A DNA stretch of 64,000 nt from Catajapyx aquilonaris (Eukaryota), in the NCBI GenBank assembly GCA_000934665.2, contig JYFJ02000049.1, positions 1 through 64,000 of the forward strand, read 5' to 3'. A program made the translations under genes and the position numbers. Under the pieces are notes generated by a model, which was not told the DNA's origin, ran no database searches, and saw nothing but the letters and a program-made list of their open reading frames with translations. Position 1 is the stretch's first letter, and every line of letters begins with the position of its first letter. Shown here one piece after another: positions 26,732 to 39,409 of the stretch.

Positions 26732-28403
26732 TGGCTGAGTTATGCATAAGCACGGTAAGCACCCTCATGGTTTGTTTTTAAAGAAATTGATGGAAACTGG
26801 AGCGCTTTTGTCTTTTAGGTGACGAGAACCCACCCCCACCATGATACAACTTCGCAAAGTGGCATCGGTTCCTGAAAACGAAGCTTTTATACATGTGAAG
26901 GGGGGAAAGTGTGACGTGGGAGACTCGCATTTTTTGCATCGAAAAATGGAAAAATATCCCAGGGTGGTGTGATTTTTACATGCGCTATATGGCAGAGAGG
27001 GAAAATTGTATGCCAAGACTGACCACAATTCGTTACAATTTTTTTTTCTCGTTATAATTTGTTTGTCGTGGATTTTTTTATAAAAAAAGGTACACAGGTC
27101 AGTAAGTGTGGGTTACTTTCCCGAATATTGCAGGAAAGTGGTGACAACAGTATTTATGCTTTACATTCAATCTTGTTACTACTCATTTTTGTTGGTTTTC
27201 TTTATGCAGTAGTCACCATCACTAATGTAACATCTTTGTTTATGTCAAAAAAAAATGAAGTTAACTAAGGGACACCTTCCCTTGACTAGTCTATGATTTT
27301 CTTCGTAGTTTTAAGTCATGCCAACTGAGCTGGAGATCAGTCAATTTGACATGATTTAAAACCCAAAAAAAGGGGGTATGGGTAACATCTATCCCAAAAT
27401 CAACATCACAAAACAAAAAAAAAGGGACATAGATATTTAGAGTAGCTCATAACATCTACATGTTATCTATAACAGCCCAATATTTAATGACAAATAAAAC
27501 TTCCTATGAATTCAACTTGTTGATGTAAAGGTGAAAACACGGCTGCATTTAACTGGGTTTTATTTTTTGTTGCAGAGTTGGGGGGTGGGGAGGTTCAAAA
27601 TAAAGCTTTTTGGTTTCCAGACATATACCAACAGGATTGGGAGGTATCACGCACTGAGTATCTTTCGTAACGTTTAACAGTAAAATCGCCACTGCTCGTG
27701 TTACGAGGCAAAACAAATAGTGCACTCGCCTTGCCAACCACAATATCGAGGCAATTGTTGAATAGTTCCACAGATCTCGGTAATGCCCTGCACTTCATAA
27801 ACAGATTCCTTCACATTCTCACGTACATAAAAGCACATCACACACAGCACGAGAAACAAACAATGCGCGTCAAGTCTCGTAAGATGCAGACAAGATTCCA
27901 TGACTGTAAAATTGAACTGGAATTCAGACTTCACATTTGCAAAAACACATCAACAAAAATTAGACCCAATGGATATAAAATACTGTCAGATTCCAAGAAA
28001 ATTTATGGGCCCAGCATAAATTGCAAATACTGTGTGACCCTCAAATTTTGCAAACTCCTCCCAAAAAATACCAGATGATGTCGAGTTTAAAATCACAACT
28101 CGCTTATATCTTTGGAATGGTTTTATGTTGCAATTTTTTTTTTTCTAAGGGCACAGGAGAGAGGAGGGGACAGGGTAAATATTTCACATTATTAAAATTG
28201 TTACTTGTCCAAGAAGATGCTGACTGATATGTAAAAAAAGGGTTTCTTTTCGTGCACCACTGCTCAAGCTGCTGTCTTTGTAATGCCCCTCTGCGTTGAA
28301 CTACAGATCAATCGGCATGTCAGCTGAATTCACTTACTGTACACATTCTGTAGTCACAATAATACTGCACTCAGGTGTCTGACATTTTTTGTTGACTTAA
28401 GCC

Positions 28404-31400
28404 TCACATTTTTCTGGGAGGTGGTGGCGGAGGTGGGGCAAAACTTGGCGGGGGGCCAATGTTGTGGTTGTTCCGACTGGCAATGATGGGCGGGGGTTTC
28501 TTCTCCTTCACTGGGATGTTTTCGTAGATTTGCTTTGGAATCTCCTCTGGTGGTGGCCTGTCATTGAAATTATATTTTTATAACATTTGTACTAAATATG
28601 TTGTTTTTGCTGCAGTATTTACATGCCATATTTCTGCCCATTACCACACTTAAACCAAGCTATGATTTGATAACTAATTCTTCGAAATGTTCGATGCATT
28701 AAGCAGCCCAGGGACATTTTGGGACGAGTGATCTACAAGCCTGCAGACACATACGACCCACTGTATAAACAAGTTTCACTGTACTGAGGCAAACATGTCC
28801 TTTTACCATTTGTACCAGTTGAATAAACTGACCTTGGAAGGAAAGCTTCGGAAGATGCTCTGGTGGGTCCTTTTTTGTCCCTGTTAAGGGTACCTGGGGT
28901 GGTGGGTAGAGACACAGTGGACTTTGACAACGCCCGCATTGGGTCTCCCCCACCTGCTGCCTCGCTGGAGTACTTAATGTTTGTGTATTCACGTCCCAGC
29001 TGTATGCTTTTCTGTTGACAAACGGTGCAGGTGATGAAGTGGCTGACCTTAAAACTCTGCATACTAACACAATTCAGGTGTACTCGTAAAAGCACCGCAT
29101 CAATACTACCATTGTTGCCAATAAAGATCAAATTAGAAGTGCACCTGCCTATTTGAGAGTGCAGCCAGGAAAGTGAGAGGCTGGTGTGTAAGCAAGGAAC
29201 TTACTTGTTCAGCCTGCATCCGCTGGGACACAGTGTCGATGTATTGCTGCACAGCCAGGTAAACAAATTTATACTGAGCTTCAGTCTGAACCATTCCTGA
29301 CCTTTGAGAGCGCACCCACTGAACTGTTCTTTGTATGTCAATCTCACAATCCAGTCCTGCAAAATTTAATCCACAGCATTGATATCGGGATGGATCAAAA
29401 GTGGATGTGGGCATGTACCTTGCTTTTTGATCTGGTCTAGAATCATATCTATAACTATGAAAGTTCCAGTGCGGCCTATCCCAGCGCTGCAGTGTACAAC
29501 TATGGGACCTGCGCATGGTATAGCCTCCTGCTTGGCGTTGGTGTCCTGAAGAAAGTTGAGCACACACCCTGGATCCGAAGGAACCCCGTGGTCAGGCCAG
29601 GCCTGGAAGTGGAACTGAAAAATCTCCCTCTTCTCCTCCAATGCTTCCTGGGTGAACAGAAACTCTCGGAGGGTGTAGTCCTTGGTCGATGATTCCTTCA
29701 GATTCTGGATGCAGTTCTTGCCGTACTCTTTTGTCTGGCCTTCGTCTGGCCAATATCTGGCACATTTACTCTGGGTAAACAAATAACCTCAGGTTAATAG
29801 GCCATGCCTTTCATGTTTGTATTCCTTAAAAATTGTAATAGCATTGAAATCACATTCTGTTATTCAAAGACGGATCTCACAATACGAACACTTGCACAAG
29901 TGCACATTACTTCCTGTTACACAATAATTGTGATGTAAATGTCAATTCAGTAACTCAAGGTTCAATTGACTGTCAATAGCATTTTGTATTACAGTTTACC
30001 ACCCGCTCTTGAGTGAATTCAATTCGTACAGACTGCAAAATTTTGCGCAAAAAGGCTCAACTCATCTGAATCCAAATTCAACTCACTTTCCCTCGTTCAA
30101 ACTCCTTGGTGGTCATCACTATGACTCTCGTGTTTTCTTGCCACACCATATGCCAAAAATCTGCCGTTGTGTTGGGCAAACATCCCTGGGTAGCAATATA
30201 GTACTTTTCTGGCACATCGGGACATAAGTCTTCTTCAGGCTGAGAGTTGAATTAAGGTATTAGAATGACATCTCAAAAGGTTACTCTTAGAACTGGTTTG
30301 TTTAAAAATATCTCACTCTAATATAATTTGCATTGACATAGTCAGCTCCTGGTCCTGTGGCCTCAGTATCTCTTAGCAGCACTCGCGTGTGGTCAACTGA
30401 AAGTGTATTGCAAATATGCATACTGTCTCTGTGGTTTCATCATTTTTTTTTACATGGTAACTGCGGATACTCACAAGGAAGAATATTTTTGTATCTATTC
30501 TTGTTCCGGTTCTCTGGTTGCTGACCTTCTTTTCTCGAGTAGAGATGTTTGCACTCTTGCTGTTGTAAATTTTCAAACTCTTCCCAGAATCCTGCTTTGC
30601 CTGCGCTCTGTCCGTTTTCCTTCTAGGGGGAAATCTCTCATCAAACACGTAGCATATGCCAAAAGTATGGCAAATCTCATTTGCTTGTTCAGAGTGTGTA
30701 CCTGGAGTTCCTTTACTCGAGTGTCAATCCCGCTGGCACTGATTCTCGTGGCGTTGAACGGCTGTTTCAAGTGAACAACCGTGCCACTCGTTTCCACCAT
30801 TGGATTTTTTTTGTAATGCTCTATCAGTTCCGTCAAGCTGTCAAATTTGTCACCTCCACCTACGTCAAACTTGTTGTCCTGGAAACGGGTGACAAGAGAT
30901 TTAAAATGCTGATCCCACCCACAACAAAAAAAGGAACCGGATTTCTCACTTACTTGGCACCTTATCATGACGTGAGTGACTTTGTCCTCGGTCCTGACTG
31001 ACAGAACATAGTCACCAGGTTTGCTTTGAGACTCCCTAACCAAAAAACTCCCGTTTTTACCCCTCTCAAGGATGAGTTTCTCAGCCTCCTTTCCAGAAAT
31101 GTGGCCATGGAACCATCTGTAACAAATCACATCTCGACTGGTGAAAACGTCCTAATTTTAGTTTCAACCTGTTCAACTCACCTTTCTGAAGTCGGATCAG
31201 CACAATTCAGAGGATACCTCAGTTCAATCACTTCCCCATTCTTCTGCTTCAGCTGCCCTTGGTTTTCCATATAAAACTGCACCAATTCGGAGAGAGTTGC
31301 GAATTTCTCGCCGCCATACAGATCGTAAAAATCCCCAGTGTTTTGAATCTTAATATGCGTGACTTCTCCACTTCGCCTGTTCCAAAGACATTTATTTACA

Positions 31401-34400
31401 TTGGTTATTAACACTCCTTTCAACACACACACACACACCTGACAAAATTCAAGGTGACTTACCTGACTGAAAGTGTAAAGTCACCTGGGTTGCTATGACT
31501 GGGTCTCGCCAAAAAACTGCCATCGAAACCTCTGTTCACCAGCAGTATTTCCGCATCTACACCTGAGATATTGGGATGAAACCACCTGTAAAATAACAAA
31601 GGCACCATGTACCACCTCTTACTACAACCAGATTAACACATGCACCTGTAAAAGGAGAAGTTGTACGTGCCGTACATAAATAACAAGAAAAAAAAGAAAG
31701 TGACAGAAAAATAATAATAAATGTATGTAAAAACCCTGCACCGTACCACCGAACATGAAGAGGTTGGCACTAACCTTGGTCGAGTAGGAAGAGTACACAG
31801 ATTCACCATGGAGTTGCTAATGCTGGCCATTACTCCAAATTCAGCCTCCAATGACTTTCGCAACTCCCAAGAAATTACAGGTACACGTTAGACTTGTTTC
31901 GCATCTGTCAACAAGGTTTGTACACCATAACCTTGAGAAGCACCCAAAAAAATATCCATCCTATCCACTTCTACAAAAACAAGTAACAAGAATATGCATC
32001 TCCGGCCATTTATGTCCCTACATTCTTTTAAAAATCCCAGCAGCTTGAAGTGACACTTTTTGGTATGGAGGTTTTAGGTGCAAGGCTCGAGGTTTTAGGG
32101 AAAAACAAGTCCTCATCCTCCGGGTCCATCACATCCACTGGAGGGGTCCTGGCGCCTCCAATTTCGCGCAACGCCCACGCAAAACTACTAACCCGGATCC
32201 CCCTACCCACAAACTGTTTTTCAAGCCAAAACATCCTACCTTTCTTACAAAAAAGACCAAGCTTAACTTGCGTGAGACGCAAAATGTGGCTTTGCATGTT
32301 TGGAGCGGCCGCATAAATATTGCGCAATATTCCACCAAGGTGTACGATTCCGCATTAATTTGCGTGCAAAAAGATGACACACTTCAAAAAAAAGGGGGGG
32401 TCGGCATGCAAAGGTAATTATGTTGCAGAATATACGCGAAAATCTCACATGAACTGCAAAAGCGCGCTAATCTATACTGGCTGTACTATCCGGCCAGCCA
32501 GCACTATCTGCTGTAGTACAGTACACACCCAGCAAATTCCAGCCGAATGTGCTAACGATAACAACGCATCCATGTTTGGCAGGAAACAATTTTTTTTTTG
32601 CTGACTTTACACGAAATTTCCGCAAATGAAATGCACTGTAGCCGTGAGAGCATATCGCAGAAAAGTTTGCCCAGAAATATCTGCTCTCTGGCAGATATCG
32701 CGAATTTTTTGTGTGCAAAAAAAAAAGTTGTTTGAGAGCTCTAAACCAGAATTCGTACAAACTCAAAGAGAGACCTTTTTCCCTCCCCTCTGTAGCACCC
32801 CCAACCAAAATCAATAGTACAAGGAGACGACTCTAGACTGCGGGATGCTGTCGGAAACTGCACCTCTGGAGCCGGCAATTTTCGCGATTCCTGTCGCCAA
32901 CACTTGCAAAAACTGAACAACAAATTCCGCCGAATATGCAGGAAACACGGTGCAGCAGCCAGAAAAAGTGACGGATTCTGCCCACACAGACCAAGCGAAA
33001 ACATTTCATACATAAATAAATTTTTGCGATACCTCCCATCAGCTGGTGGCAAATCCGTCCGATTCATCCGCCTGCAATTCTTATTAACCTGTCTTTCGCA
33101 CCTGACTGACACAATTATTCCAAAGTGTTGAGAGAGCAAACGCACTGACACTGACACCCAGAGGTCACCCAAAAAATGCATGATGGATGGCAGTGTGGGT
33201 CCGCCAAAAGCCAGCCAAAGGTCTGAAGGACAACCGCCCCTCGGTGGCAATTATGCTAATTGGAACTATCCCTTTTCTGGATACACGGAAGTCGTCTTCC
33301 TGTGGCTTGTACCTGGTACGCAGATGCCTGAGTACGGCCTCGTGTCGATGAACCGCGATTGCTCTCTTGGCACTTGATCGTCTCCGGACCTTCCCGAAGA
33401 TGCTGTGGGATGTGGACCGAACCGGAAAGACGTTGGTTCCGGATGACGGAGCCGATGCTTTCAGATGATGGAAGAGTCTGTATAGTCGCCTCCACATCGC
33501 GGCCCTTGAGGCTGAGTTGCCCATCGTGTCTCCTGCACTACACTGAGGCTCCCATCCCCCAAGTCAGTCACACTCACACTGCTTCCTCCTGCATTCCGCC
33601 AACAACCCAGTCTCTAAGTTTAGACCAGCCAACACCATAGAGGAAAAAAAAGGGGGGGCCTTGGGAGAAAAAAACACGTGTACCACACGCGTTTCAAGTC
33701 ATCCGGAAATCCCCCGTGAAATTTCGTTTGAATATTATTCTGCGCCCAAATAGAGAGCTGTTGCACTTCAAGGTGGTTGGATCGGACCACGGTTGTTAGG
33801 TGTGACCTGCTCGAATGCTAACGACGGTCGGTCCCCCACTAAAATCCGCGTTTATGATCACACGGCCCATAAATAGCCGGAGCAGTAACTTTCATTACTG
33901 GCAAAATTCGATCCACCTTAGGCTTGCGTTCATGAACCGCTGCCCTCTTCTCATCTACACCGTTCATGCTCAATTATCTTCAGTGTGAAGCACAAAAAAA
34001 AACTACAGTATTTTACTGCCGGTTCAAGTACTGATCAAGGTGTGAGTCAGGGTACCAACACAATGCAAGTGACACAAAACATATGATAGCATACACGCAT
34101 GACCATTATGGCATGTGTCTGAAAACATTTGACATGGCAAGCGCTGGCATGTAGATCCTCCGTTTGTTTGTACACTGCAAGGCGTAACACCATGTATAAT
34201 TATGATCCTGTTGTGGTTATGCTAGAGTTGGGAGGTGACGAGAGAGCCACAAGAGAGAGGCCATGGGCCCTTCTGCTTCCAGCTTGATTGTCCCAATTGA
34301 GGCCCCAAATTAAGTCCAATGGGAACTTCCTGCCCTGCTGGCTGCTAACTCTTGCTTGACTCTCCCCCCCATATGCCAACAGCATCCACCCCCCCCCCAC

Positions 34401-37400
34401 CCCCTTTTCCTTCAAGCCATTTTTGGGTCCTAGGGGAGTACGTGGAAGAAGATGTCCCAAACATGACTTAAATGTTTTCTCGATTTAACTTGGTTGGGGG
34501 GATAGGAATAGAATGGGAGGGGGACATGTGCGGAGGAAGTAAAGGAAATGTCAACTTCTCACCTGTTGTGCAAATGACAGGGTTCACTGATTACAGTGCT
34601 GGGACACCGATAGTGTGTTACAGGCTGGTTATCTCTTTACTAATGCATGTTGAACCAATATCTTGGGGGTGTAATCCAATCGGCTGAGTGAAATGCGTGA
34701 AATTTGGTACTGGGGAACTTACCTCGTGTGACATACACTGTTCTGGATCTTGTGCCTAGCAAACTCTTGAGCCAATTTCAACACATCACATGACGGACAA
34801 ATCACAAACAGAAATACACCATCAAAGCAATTTGGTCAGCTTTTAAAACGTTGCAACAGTGTAGGCTACAAGGCTTCACATGCACTTAGGAAATGCACAT
34901 ACTTGTTAGTCACTAATTGGACAACTTTATGAGCAAAACAGAACCATACACTGCCATTTAAAAAATGTTTCTATGTACAGAAACCTCAATTTTACCACAT
35001 GGCATTATTAGTCCATAGAGCTTATCCATTTTCCAAGGAAAACATAGCACTAGTAAAACTACATATTAAATGGATGAAATGTATGGTTCTGCTTTGACAA
35101 TGTTACTTACTTAGTTTACTACTACGCGATACATGCTGTTCATGTCCCCTGTGTTATTAACATGGAACCTTACAAATTATGACTACCATCCACATTTGTT
35201 TGGCATTTGCCAGTTAACTTATTGATACTGTATTACCAATCAAATGCAGGCATGCCAGTAAAATAGAGGGTGACCAGATTTTAGTCCAATAAACTCCGGA
35301 TGTAGGTAAAAGGCTTGGCTATAAGCAACCCTCAGTTATAGCCAGCTCGAAAGACTGGTCCTGCCATACTTCCATGTATGAGCTGTACATTTGGATACAG
35401 TAAACCTTGGTTACAGGATAATTATTTCTGTGATCTCTTGAAGCCTCATATCTGGAGTCAACTGTAATGATTTTGAAGGGTGGGATGAAATCAGAAAATT
35501 TACCACACTTGGCATCAGCTGGCCAACTCTCAAGGGCTACATTGGCTCCCTGGTCTACCTGGTTTTATACCAGCATGCCACTATTTGCATGGTAATGAAA
35601 CGGTGATGCATGGAGATAAAACATGACATTATAATGACCCTTGTTATAGGTTCATAGTAACATACTTGCAGCATCAAAAACAAAGCATGCATCTGTCACA
35701 TGGAGCGTTACTAATGCCGCTGGTATGAGGCATATGTTCCCAGTGAAGGTTTGCAAGTGTTGATGCCATTCATACTTAAAGCCATTTGTTCTCCTGAATG
35801 TATCCATCCAAATGAGGGCAAAGACTTCGCATGACTGCCTACATTCCAATGAACATAATATCTTCTACCAAGAATACTTTACCTCAATCTATTCCACACG
35901 TCACATTACATCACTGACTGAAGTTATTTATGCCAATGAACATTTACATAACCAATGCACATTTTTTGTAGGCATACAAGGCACTATTTTGCTCATTGAA
36001 TGTTACACACACAGGATAACAAAATGCATGCATCAAATGGTATTATCTAACTCTGCAAAGTGGGTAATTTATTCTCATTAAAAGTATAATTATTTTGCTG
36101 AATGAGTCAGACTCAATGCAGCAGCAGTCCACGTTGTTACAGATGAGTGATTTTGACAGGCTCAGTCTCTGCACAGTTCATTTTGAAAAAAACCTTCTGG
36201 CACAAAAACCAAAAAAACCTTGTTCTAATTATTGCTGTTACATGAGAACTTCCTGTGACCTCTAAGAGATGATGCCGCAACACAGCAGCTTCAAATCTCA
36301 CCTCAATGCCAGCAACATAGTAGACTACTGTTGCCACATTTATATGCAGATGCTAGCTTCGAACTGGTTGGAAATGTACAATCCTGTTAAGTCATTCACA
36401 CTTCAATTCAACAAGTGTTGTTACTCGGCTTTTGTTTTCTTATTACCTGTCTACAATACCTAATTATTAACCCACCTTGGGAAATGTCTACTTACACAAG
36501 GTTTTGCACTGTCATTATCCCTCTTTGATTCAGCCTAAGGCATGCAGCTTTCCCCACCGCGATTTATTGTGATTTTTGGGTTTCCCTGATTCCCACCAGG
36601 ATAATTCAGGAATGATTTCCTTACAGAATAGCTACACTGCTTACTTGAAATGAGTTGTATGGCAGCAAAGCAAATCAGTGAATGCCCCTCAAGTCCAGGT
36701 CTGTCTAAATTACATTTACAACAAAATAGTACAATGAAATTTTTTTTCCTTCTGGCTGTGATTAATGCAGTCATTCTTTGAACAATGCTGAAAAAAATGT
36801 GACAATCAAAGTCGAGTGTCGTTACGTAAACACATTATGCAAAAAAAGTTGTCATCCATCAGTGCCTTTAAAATTCAAATTAAAAGTATGACAGGTACTT
36901 AGCACCTGCTGTGGCTATTTTAAAATTTCAAAATGCAACATCATAAAGACTCAATACCATTATCTCACCACCCTTGGTTTTTAATTGTAACTTTCACTTT
37001 TCTAGTAGATATTGTTGTGACAATGTGGACCAAAAATCTTACATAATAGTTCTCCTCCAGTTTCTCTAATATCAATTGGTAGGATTCTTTTCATTCACCC
37101 ACTACGGTTAAGTAATAATCGACTGAGAAATACTTTACCAAAAGTCACCTTTTCGTATAATGCATTATGAGTAGAATGACAAAGTCATAGTAATTCAAGA
37201 TTCGAGCGTATTATTGCATGCTTGTGCTTCATCACTTATAATCCAGATGTGTTTGCCTGCTGTATTTCTGAACATTCCTGTAGCTAAAAAATCATGTTAT
37301 TGAGACTGTGGTAACTGTAGTTCATGTTCCTACCTTGCAAACTATTCCCCATGACTAGCTTCTCATTTTAGACGAGTATATCACATAGTAATTATCTTAC

Positions 37401-38386
37401 CATCAAAAATAAGTCCCCTTAACAGACTGGCTTCTTTGTAAGAGCAAGTGTGACTGGCACAAACCAAATGTGGATGTGATCATTTACAGGAAAACCTCAA
37501 CATAACACGGGACTCACTCAAAGTGGCATTATAAGTGGGTATTCATTACATGTGGGAAACGCTCCATGCGAGGCTGATCAAGGGACTGGAAGAAAAGGGT
37601 GTTAAAAGTGGGATCGCATTATAAGCAGGAGCATTATATTGAGGTTTCACTGTATTATAAGTTTATTACTCTAAAATGAGCCGGGATGACAGTGTCCTGG
37701 CATTGTATATTTGCAAGCACAGTCGAGATTTTATTAATCACAAATTATAATGCACCCTGGCAGAGTAGCAACATGTCACTGCAAATAAGTTATCATTCTT
37801 TACTGCTGCCAATGATGTAACTATAATTAGCTGGTAATGTTGAGAGGTTGGATAATCAAGATCCACCGTAATCCAATCAATAGTTAGCTGTGATTCACCC
37901 TCCAAACATTATGGCAACTTAAACAAGCTAATTAAGCAGACTCACTCAGATTGAATGGCGTAATAAATTAACTATGAATTTTTATAATACTTGTATTTAA
38001 TACCCATTTCAGTGAGCTGTTAATGAGGCATTAGTTTGCTCTGGTACCTTGAAAATAGAATGTCGCTGACAAAACAACTATGAGAGCACCTAGCAATAGT
38101 TGCAAAGAGCCTGATTTTGATGATGCCGTGATCCATCTCTTAACATACCATTTTTTTCCAGTACTTTTTTAAAAAAATCTGAATGCACAGTGTCAGTTGG
38201 CAGCTCATTACATAATACACATTCATTGTACTCCCAATGCATGGCATTGCAATGCAAGGTTCCAGGACACTGTAATTCCCTCGTCATCACCACATCCTTC
38301 CTTTTCCAGTGATGCTGCTCATCACATGCCCCTGGGGATGAAACCCTTGCTGCATCTACTAGTGATTTTTACCTTCTTGATCCCAT
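28404..38386 (-). CDS. PTPN11: Tyrosine phosphatase SHP2/corkscrew (two SH2 domains plus a PTP domain)
   Basis: A 14-nt first coding exon at 38373-38386 (ATG GGA TCA AGA AG|gtaaaa, MGSRR) splices in phase to 31585 (WFHPNISG...). C-SH2 [11 protein letters not shown] motifs [27 protein letters not shown] and QTEAQY. Tail tyrosines EYTNI and IYENI, a Pro-rich end, and TGA at 28404-28406. Confidence 0.95.
33313..33524 (-). CDS. PTPN11: Candidate alternative first coding exon of PTPN11
   Basis: ACGATGG start context, 70 codons + AG|gtacaa (phase 2), in frame with the 31585 acceptor; begins MGNSAS. Confidence 0.55.
37485..37654. mobile_element. Tigger/pogo-like MITE
   Basis: TA-flanked TIRs tacaggaaaacctcaa and ttgaggtttcactgta. 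Confidence 0.75.
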
Positions 38387-39290
38387 CTCTCAGCTTCCTG
38401 CTGCTGCCCTCCTCCTTCTGCTAGCAGTCCAAGGCTCCCCTCGATGGCCTCTCCAGTCCTTCCTCTTCCTCCTGGGGTTACGTGCTGTGGTCCTCGCTGA
38501 TCCCTTGGGTCATACCAGGAGAGGGGCACCGGGGGTCGGCTTCTGGACCAAGTCAGGCTCCGACCACTGGGCGTAGACGAAAATGACATTCGGTCGCCAT
38601 TTTGCCTTTTTTCTTACGGAGGCGTTGCCAGATCCACAGGGGCATTACTTGTCCTCATTTTTAAAGAGGAGAACACTCACTTACGTAATTGTTACGTGTA
38701 ACTTGCTTTGAAATTACATGTTAGGTCCAACGACACTTGCTTAGTTTATAAGTCCTTATGAACAGAGGCATGTCACTGTTTATGGCCACCTTTGAAGCGC
38801 GACGTTTGAAGAATTACTGAACCATACCTGTACTTCCTTAAGAGTGTCATGTACTATGTACAGTACAGTGCATGGCGTCAGATTATGAAGGGTGATAATC
38901 GAGATGATAATGCTTGTTGTGGGTAGTATTTTATATGATTTTTACTACTGCTTTGTCTGTAATTTGTCTGAAAATTAACACGACAAGCCAAGTAGGCCTA
39001 ATGTGTGGTGAATGCTCAGAAAACATTCATATCTCATTCTCAGATATTCAGGTAATGCTGTCGTTAATTTATAACATGCATTCACACATTTATTAGCATT
39101 TACTGCATTGTCATGTAATGTCAAGTGAATAATAAGCAGCAATGCTACATTACAAATTCATTACAATGATATTGAACAAAAAATTGTATTTCCAATATCG
39201 ACCATTGATGTTGACTTGAGGTATTGAACATTCATTGAACATTCACTGTTACTGGAACTTTACACACTTTCTGTCACTTCCACGCACTGT

Positions 39291-39409
39291 GGGCCGACAC
39301 GACCGATTTTGATAAAATGCTGGTTCTTTCGGAAAATCCCTATTCTATTTACAGGGACTTTCAGAAAGAACCAGGGTTTTATCAAAACCTGTCTGGGTAA
39401 AACCGGCCC
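39291..39409. repeat. Palindromic element (probable MITE) between MRAS and PTPN11
   Basis: 35-bp arms at 39307-39341 and 39353-39387 (4 mismatches), enclosed by gggccg...cggccc. Confidence 0.75.
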
